Translations under genes and position numbers: made by a program
Part shown: piece after piece, positions 6,599-10,932 of the stretch
Position numbering within the stretch: position 1 is the stretch's first letter
Layout of the letters: each line of letters begins with the position of its first letter
The notes under the pieces: generated by a model
What the model saw: only the letters and a program-made list of their open reading frames with translations
Databases searched by the model: none
What the model was told of the DNA's origin: nothing
DNA from: a virus
Taxonomy: Duplodnaviria; Heunggongvirae; Uroviricota; Caudoviricetes
DNA length: 10,932 bases
Direction: 5' to 3' (one strand)
Virus record (IMG/VR): IMGVR_UViG_3300020045_012956
Span: 64,001 to 74,932 of that record

Positions 6599-7435
6599 AT
6601 ATTTTGGTTTTGGTGGATTATTTTCTCTTTGTTTATCTGCTATTTCTTGCATTTTTATTTTTAAGTCGGGATTTCTTTTTAAATATCCTTGAATAGCATG
6701 TTGTGTACAATCATAATGTTTTGCAATAGATATTATACTAAATTCCTTTTTATAAATTGAAAGTATAACTTTATCTTCAAACATAATATCTAAATTCAAG
6801 TTTTTCTCTTTCTTTTTAGGTTTTACAACTTTTTCAACCATATTATTATCAATACAATATTTTGAAATTGTTAATCTGTTTATTTTCAAAAGTCTACCAA
6901 TTGCAGAGTATGAAAGTTTTTTATTTAGAAATGATTGTATTTTTGCTTTTAATGGATCACATTTAGTACTCTTAGACTTATTACCTAAAGGTCTACCCAA
7001 AACAACACCATCTGATTTTCTTTTCGCTAAGCCCTCTTTAGTTCTTTTTGAAATCATATCTCTTTCAATTTCAGCGGCTAATCCAAATGCAAAAGCCATT
7101 ACTTTACTTTGAATATTATTACCTAATTCGTAACCATCCTTAACTGTATAAACTTGACATTCATGCTTCATACAGTGTTCTAGAATTCGCATAACCATAA
7201 ATAAAGAGCGTCCAAGCCTTGAAATTTCAGAAGCAATAATAACATCTTTAGGTTTTATTTTCTTTAGCAATTTACCTAGTTGTCTTTCTTCAGGTTCTTT
7301 TGTTCCTGAAATACCATCATCAGAAATCCAAGTGTTAATTTCTAATCCTAAAGAAGTAGCTTTTTCAATGATTCCTATCTTTTGTCCCTCTACTTCTTGC
7401 TTATCTGTTGAAACTCTTATATAACCGTAAACCAT
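6596..7435 (-). CDS. Small serine recombinase (resolvase/invertase), Mpi-like, with extended C-terminus carrying two putative HTH motifs
   Basis: YGYIRVST (catalytic Ser9), GISG, EISRLGRS, IQSKVMAFAFGLAAEIERDMISKRTKEGL, GVVLGRP. Closely resembles the recalled Bacteroides Mpi sequence over about aa 1-154. HTH-like segments at about aa 164-194 and 222-254. Confidence 0.92.
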   Translation of the reverse strand: MVYGYIRVSTDKQEVEGQKIGIIEKATSLGLEINTWISDDGISGTKEPEERQLGKLLKKIKPKDVIIASEISRLGRSLFMVMRILEHCMKHECQVYTVKDGYELGNNIQSKVMAFAFGLAAEIERDMISKRTKEGLAKRKSDGVVLGRPLGNKSKSTKCDPLKAKIQSFLNKKLSYSAIGRLLKINRLTISKYCIDNNMVEKVVKPKKKEKNLNLDIMFEDKVILSIYKKEFSIISIAKHYDCTQHAIQGYLKRNPDLKIKMQEIADKQRENNPPKPKY

Positions 7436-7438
7436 TTT

Positions 7439-7774
7439 TTAACTATTAAAATAAGCTTGTCTAATACATTTTAATTCATAAAGCAATAGAAATAATTTAT
7501 TTTTAATTATATCATCTCTAGTCTCTATTAATTTTACAAGTTTATCGTTTCTAATATCTATTAGTTTGAATCCATCTGTAAAATCTCCATCATTACAATA
7601 TAACTTATTAAATTCTAAAGGTCTATAAAATAAGCAATTAGACCATTTATTAAATTTAAAATTAGCTATATCAAAAATATCTATTTCATTAAAAAAACTT
7701 TTATCTTTTTTTATAATAGTTAATGATGGATTTTGTCTATCAAAATTAACTATTGTATATGTTTTATTTTTCAT
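7439..7774 (-). CDS. Hypothetical protein (111 aa)
   Basis: ATG overlaps the upstream stop (TAATG); its stop is 3 nt before the recombinase ATG, giving a compact operon. Confidence 0.65.
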   Translation of the reverse strand: MKNKTYTIVNFDRQNPSLTIIKKDKSFFNEIDIFDIANFKFNKWSNCLFYRPLEFNKLYCNDGDFTDGFKLIDIRNDKLVKLIETRDDIIKNKLFLLLYELKCIRQAYFNS

Positions 7775-8136
7775 TACTTAACTATTTTGTATTGTGAATT
7801 TCCTAAGTCTCTAAAATCTTTTAATTCCTTTTTGTTAATGTTATTTGCACAATAAATTTGATCTTTTTGGTTTGATTCAAAATATAAAATATTTGCATTG
7901 AATTTTGAAATTAAAGAATCTTTTGTAACTAATTTTCTTTCAATTAATATTTCAAAAGCTTCAATTGTAGTTACATATTCAAATTTACCAATTGTAAATT
8001 TAACTAATTGATGAACTTTATTTTTACCATTTGAGAATAAAGCATTGTATTTCTTTTCCATGCTTTTTTCAATTTGTGCAAATTCATTTTTGCTTACTTT
8101 GTTGTTTGATGCGAACATTGTTAAATCTAATTTCAT
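7774..8136 (-). CDS. Hypothetical protein (120 aa), first gene of the recombinase operon
   Basis: ATG with A-rich leader 43 nt downstream of TATATTTG. No motif recognised. Confidence 0.7.
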   Translation of the reverse strand: MKLDLTMFASNNKVSKNEFAQIEKSMEKKYNALFSNGKNKVHQLVKFTIGKFEYVTTIEAFEILIERKLVTKDSLISKFNANILYFESNQKDQIYCANNINKKELKDFRDLGNSQYKIVK

Positions 8137-8148
8137 TTTCTTATTTCT

Positions 8149-8276
8149 TTAAGTCTTAGCTACATTGCTTTTGACATCACAAATATAGTGGGTTTAGTAA
8201 TACGATTTACAAAACTTGTAAAATATTTTTACAAGTTTTGTGTAACTTGTTGAAAATCAATGAGAATAATTTTTAT
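8149..8276. repeat. Dispersed regulatory cassette, copy C2
   Basis: 8149-8247 aligns without gaps to 9171-9269 (84/99 by hand count, including a 31-bp perfect match 8210-8240 / 9232-9262). Contains the inverted repeat ACAAAACTTGTAAAA-TAT-TTTTACAAGTTTTGT (8209-8241). Confidence 0.95.
8180..8213 (-). promoter_or_regulatory. Leftward promoter, cassette C2 (drives the recombinase operon)
   Basis: Minus strand TTTG (8213-8210), 22 nt, TATATTTG (8187-8180). Confidence 0.75.
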
Positions 8277-8300
8277 TTTTCTTTTATCAAATATTTTAAC

Positions 8301-8308
8301 TACCTTTG
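8301..8308 (+). promoter_or_regulatory. Rightward -7 box, cassette C2
   Basis: TACCTTTG with ATG 4 nt later. No canonical TTTG at -33; CTTTTATCAAA upstream is shared with C3. Confidence 0.6.
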
Positions 8309-8312
8309 TATT

Positions 8313-8813
8313 ATGAATTCGAAAACAGCATTAAAAGAAATAAACCAAGCTATTAAATTAAAGTTTCCTGAAGTTGAAAGACCTTTAGAACTTGAATTTG
8401 AGAAAGATATTTTAGTTTCAATTGATTCTAAAGAAAAATCAGTAAGTTTTGATGTTTTAACTTATTCTATGTATACTAGATATTTAGATGAGATTAGATT
8501 CATTGAAAAACCTAAATTTACTTCAAATCAATCTATTTTCTTAGCAAGTGCAAAGATTAGAACGGTTTTAATTGGTAAAAATAAAGATATTTATCAATTA
8601 GGGCATAAGTTAGTACAAATGCTTAATAACATAAAAATAAACAACATAACAGCTATTAAGCTAAAAGAAGTTAAAACAATGCATGATGTTTTGATTAAAG
8701 AAGAGTTTGTATTAAAAGAAAATGATTTATTTAAGGACGCAAAAACTGGTATAGGTGCAATTGATTATGAAATAGAATTTTATTTTGATTGTAATGATGA
8801 AAATTGTATTTGA
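8313..8813 (+). CDS. Putative tail terminator / completion-type protein (166 aa)
   Basis: Start moved from the track's TTG at 8238 (inside the cassette palindrome) to the ATG at 8313 after the -7 box. Size, alpha/beta pattern and terminal AIDYEIEF strand fit gpU/gp17-like folds; weak inference. Confidence 0.4.
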   Translation: MNSKTALKEINQAIKLKFPEVERPLELEFEKDILVSIDSKEKSVSFDVLTYSMYTRYLDEIRFIEKPKFTSNQSIFLASAKIRTVLIGKNKDIYQLGHKLVQMLNNIKINNITAIKLKEVKTMHDVLIKEEFVLKENDLFKDAKTGIGAIDYEIEFYFDCNDENCI

Positions 8814-8850
8814 AAAAAGCCGTTAGGATTTATTCTAACGGCTTTTATTA
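8813..8850. terminator. Bidirectional intrinsic terminator T3, near-identical to T2
   Basis: AAAAGCCGTTAG...CTAACGGCTTTT (8815-8846), with a T-tract on the + side and an A6 tract on the other. 31/33 nt identical to 6559-6591. Confidence 0.9.
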
Positions 8851-8851
8851 T

Positions 8852-9160
8852 TTATATTTTCTTTAACCAATAATGTTTGGTTTTTTCTTTAATAAAATCT
8901 CCATGATCTATTGATTTTTCACCAATATAAATTAAAGAATTTGCATCTTTCTTTTTGCAAATTTCATAACCTATTGATTTAATATAGTCTTTTTCTAATC
9001 CAGTAACGCAATTAGATTTTTCCCAAGCCCAAGTAAATTGAGATTCTTGTAAATCATTGCATAATTCAACTGATAGTATTTTAGCACCATTTGACTTATT
9101 ACGAATGCAATTAAGTGTAGTTTCTTTAACATCTGAATGAAATTGTTCTAATCGAGTCAT
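8852..9160 (-). CDS. Hypothetical protein (102 aa), probable early gene
   Basis: The track's GTG start at 9202 overlaps the -7 box, so the in-frame ATG at 9160 (MTRLEQF...) is preferred. Confidence 0.65.
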   Translation of the reverse strand: MTRLEQFHSDVKETTLNCIRNKSNGAKILSVELCNDLQESQFTWAWEKSNCVTGLEKDYIKSIGYEICKKKDANSLIYIGEKSIDHGDFIKEKTKHYWLKKI

Positions 9161-9170
9161 AAAAAAAATA

Positions 9171-9299
9171 TTAAGTCTTAGCCTTGTTGCTTTTGACATC
9201 ACAAAGATAAATGATTTAGTAATACAAAACGCAAAACTTGTAAAATATTTTTACAAGTTTTGCGTAACTAATTGATTATTAGTTAAATAATTTTTAATT
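9171..9299. repeat. Dispersed regulatory cassette, copy C3
   Basis: Offset 1022 bp from C2. Inverted repeat ACGCAAAACTTGTAAAA-TAT-TTTTACAAGTTTTGCGT (9229-9265). Confidence 0.95.
9202..9235 (-). promoter_or_regulatory. Leftward promoter, cassette C3
   Basis: Minus strand TTTG (9235-9232), 22 nt, TATCTTTG (9209-9202). Confidence 0.75.
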
Positions 9300-9320
9300 T
9301 TCTTTTATCAAATAAAACAT

Positions 9321-9328
9321 TAACTTTG
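9321..9328 (+). promoter_or_regulatory. Rightward -7 box, cassette C3
   Basis: TAACTTTG, 10 nt upstream of the ATG at 9339. Confidence 0.6.
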
Positions 9329-9338
9329 CAAAAAAAAC

Positions 9339-9902
9339 ATGAATTTATATCTAATATTAACATTTTACGCTTTTGCGTCTGCTGGTTTGTCAAACTTACT
9401 TAATTTTTGTTTTCAAGAAGGTTCAATCTTTAAGTTTTATTTGCCTTTTTTATCAAAATTGATACATTTTAAGCATTATAAAGAATTGAAAAATAGTATT
9501 TTAGAATTCAAAGATTCATTGAAACACTATGAAAATTTGATAATTAACTTAAATATTGATAGTTCAAATGATATTAAAGTTAATGATTGTGTAGTTTGCG
9601 ACAAAGACAATATACATGAAATAGAATATAATACTAAATTCAATGAATATTCAAGTAAAATTGGATATTATAAGCTTTTAATTTATGAGAATGAAATAAA
9701 GTTAAATTCTAGTGAATATTGGATTGAGAAAGGCTCAAAACATGTTTTATTTTATCCTTTGGGTTACTGTTTATATTGCATGTCAGTTTGGATAAGTTTT
9801 ATTTTCTTTATAATCATTGCACTTACTTACGATTATTCATTTATTTACTTATTACCATTTTCATTTGTAAGCTTTAATTTTGTTCTACTTACAAATAAAT
9901 AA
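9339..9902 (+). CDS. Membrane protein with a DUF1360-like CxxC-x-S-x-W motif
   Basis: Hydrophobic N-terminal helix, charged middle region with CVVC, then YPLGYCLYCMSVW and two C-terminal hydrophobic segments. Family call from recall. Confidence 0.5.
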   Translation: MNLYLILTFYAFASAGLSNLLNFCFQEGSIFKFYLPFLSKLIHFKHYKELKNSILEFKDSLKHYENLIINLNIDSSNDIKVNDCVVCDKDNIHEIEYNTKFNEYSSKIGYYKLLIYENEIKLNSSEYWIEKGSKHVLFYPLGYCLYCMSVWISFIFFIIIALTYDYSFIYLLPFSFVSFNFVLLTNK

Positions 9903-9926
9903 TTTAGATTAGCAAAAAATAATTAT

Positions 9927-9934
9927 TAAATTTG
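9927..9934 (+). promoter_or_regulatory. Possible -7 box for the last gene
   Basis: TAAATTTG in the 47-nt intergenic gap, 15 nt before the ATG at 9950. Confidence 0.45.
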
Positions 9935-9949
9935 CAGAAAATCTACAAT

Positions 9950-10932
9950 ATGGCAACATGCGAATTATGTAATTGTTTTGATTTGGGGTGTTCTCCAAAT
10001 TGTTGCAATTTTGAATTTATACTCAATGATACCCCCGTTTTAGCAACTCAAGACGGTTTACATATTTTATCTTACATTCAAGAGGGTCAAGACAATAAAA
10101 ACGGTGGATTACAGTTTTTAATTGGTGACCCTATTGTTTTTCCTGCAAGTTGGTTTAATTCTCAAGGTTTAGTTAAATTTCAATTAACTTTGCCGGATGG
10201 TGAAATTTTCACTTATCAAACTTACACATGTTTTGAGTTTGAAAGAATCATTTCAACAACACCCGAAACAAGCGAAAGTATTCAATGTTTAGGTTCAAAT
10301 AATCCAAATGACATTTGTACAGTTTGCGACCTTTTGGCAGCTTTAGGAGTAAGTTCACAATTATTAGTAGAAATACGCAATAATACTTTATTTCTTGATA
10401 CTCCACTTTCTCAATTAGGGAAAGAAGCGACTTTACAAGACATTTTAACTGCTATTAATGGTAGTGGTGGTAATTATGCCCTAGAATCTACTTTGCAGCT
10501 TGTTTTAACGGCTTTGAGTGGAATTGCATTAGATAGTACTTTGCAAAGTATTTTAACTGCTTTAGGTACAGGATTAGCACAAGAAACAACATTACAAACA
10601 GTTGCAAAAGAAACCTCTTTGCAGGCTGTTATAACGGCTTTAAGTGGATTGAGTACAGAAACTACATTAGGTAGTGTTTTAACTCAATTACAAAACTTAA
10701 ATTTAGTTGACTTTAGTACAGAAACAACCTTACAAGCTTTATTATTAGCTATTCAAAATTTGCCCGCTGGTGGGGACGCTACGGCCGCAAATCAAGTACT
10801 TGAAATTGCAGAACTAACAACACTAAACGCAAAGGATTTTAGTACAGAAACAACTTTACAAAGCGTTTTAGCAGCCTTATTACTTTCAGGGCAAGAATTA
10901 ACCCTACAAAGCATTTTAACTGCTTTAGTACC
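9950..10932 (+). CDS. 3'-truncated repeat-rich, putative fibre / coiled-coil virion protein with Cys-rich N-terminus; absent from the ORF track
   Basis: Open from ATG 9950 to the window end (327 codons, no stop): MATCELCNCFDLGCSPNCC..., then nine E-T-T-L-Q-x-(I/V)-L-T-A-L-type repeats from 10421, plus GDATAANQ. Confidence 0.75.
   Translation, partial: MATCELCNCFDLGCSPNCCNFEFILNDTPVLATQDGLHILSYIQEGQDNKNGGLQFLIGDPIVFPASWFNSQGLVKFQLTLPDGEIFTYQTYTCFEFERIISTTPETSESIQCLGSNNPNDICTVCDLLAALGVSSQLLVEIRNNTLFLDTPLSQLGKEATLQDILTAINGSGGNYALESTLQLVLTALSGIALDSTLQSILTALGTGLAQETTLQTVAKETSLQAVITALSGLSTETTLGSVLTQLQNLNLVDFSTETTLQALLLAIQNLPAGGDATAANQVLEIAELTTLNAKDFSTETTLQSVLAALLLSGQELTLQSILTALV

Larger units (their letters stand above)
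1..10932. mobile_element. Segment of a tailed bacteriophage or prophage, probable Bacteroidota host
   Basis: Endolysin, morphogenesis-like genes, Tad2-like gene, dense small hypothetical genes and no housekeeping genes. TAnnTTTG promoters. No attachment site or genome end is visible, so free phage and prophage cannot be told apart. Confidence 0.88.

Noticed and set aside
6596-7435. Recombinase as the phage integrase or a transposase
   Set aside because: Lacks the recombinase and zinc-ribbon domains of large serine integrases, and no terminal inverted repeats, target duplication or TnpB partner are visible.
8238-8312. 25-aa N-terminal extension of the 8313 gene
   Set aside because: Runs through the cassette palindrome and the -7 box; the ATG at 8313 fits better.
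9161-9202. 14-aa N-terminal extension (MMSKATRLRLNIFF) of the 9160 gene
   Set aside because: Starts at the -7 box, and the homologous stretch in C2 contains a stop, so it is more likely 5' leader.
2968-9266. Palindromic repeats as a CRISPR array
   Set aside because: The copies are 1-5 kb apart, separated by intact genes, and no cas genes are present.
2916-9338. Cassettes as Mpi-type invertible promoters
   Set aside because: No inverted repeats flank any cassette, all three share the same orientation, and I found no ARACGTWCGT-like Mpi site by eye. A computational inverted-repeat search could still overturn this.
10712-10861. Repeat pair as DGR template and variable repeats
   Set aside because: Only 24 nt, both copies in frame in one gene, the single difference is C/T rather than adenine-specific, and no reverse transcriptase is present.
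1-10932. Stop-codon reassignment (seen in some Bacteroidota phages)
   Set aside because: Genes tile the window densely under code 11 on both strands, and TAA, TAG and TGA all end genes at sensible boundaries.
1-10932. tRNA, rRNA or riboswitch genes
   Set aside because: Intergenic gaps are short, extremely AT-rich and explained by promoters or terminators; no cloverleaf or known motif was seen.

Overview
A very AT-rich (under about 30% GC by eye) segment of a tailed phage or prophage. The host is most likely in the Bacteroidota: TAnnTTTG -7 promoter boxes sit before seven genes or operons, starts are A-rich with no evident Shine-Dalgarno, and the amidase and recombinase are Bacteroidota-type. 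The + strand carries virion-morphogenesis-like genes (a large beta-rich protein cut by the left edge, a Mu gpG/P2 gpS-like protein, putative adaptor, scaffold and tail-terminator proteins, and a repeat-rich fibre-like protein cut by the right edge), a PG-binding/Amidase_2 endolysin and a DUF2829/Tad2-like protein. These + strand genes are interrupted three times by the same kind of module: a hairpin terminator, then 1-3 minus-strand genes, then a conserved ~100-bp cassette holding a leftward promoter, an invariant 11-mer and tandem 17-bp palindromes, followed by a rightward promoter that restarts + strand transcription. One module encodes an Mpi-like small serine recombinase with an apparent second helix-turn-helix. 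This repeated cassette/module architecture together with the recombinase is the most novel-looking feature. All family calls come from motif recognition and recall; no database search was run.
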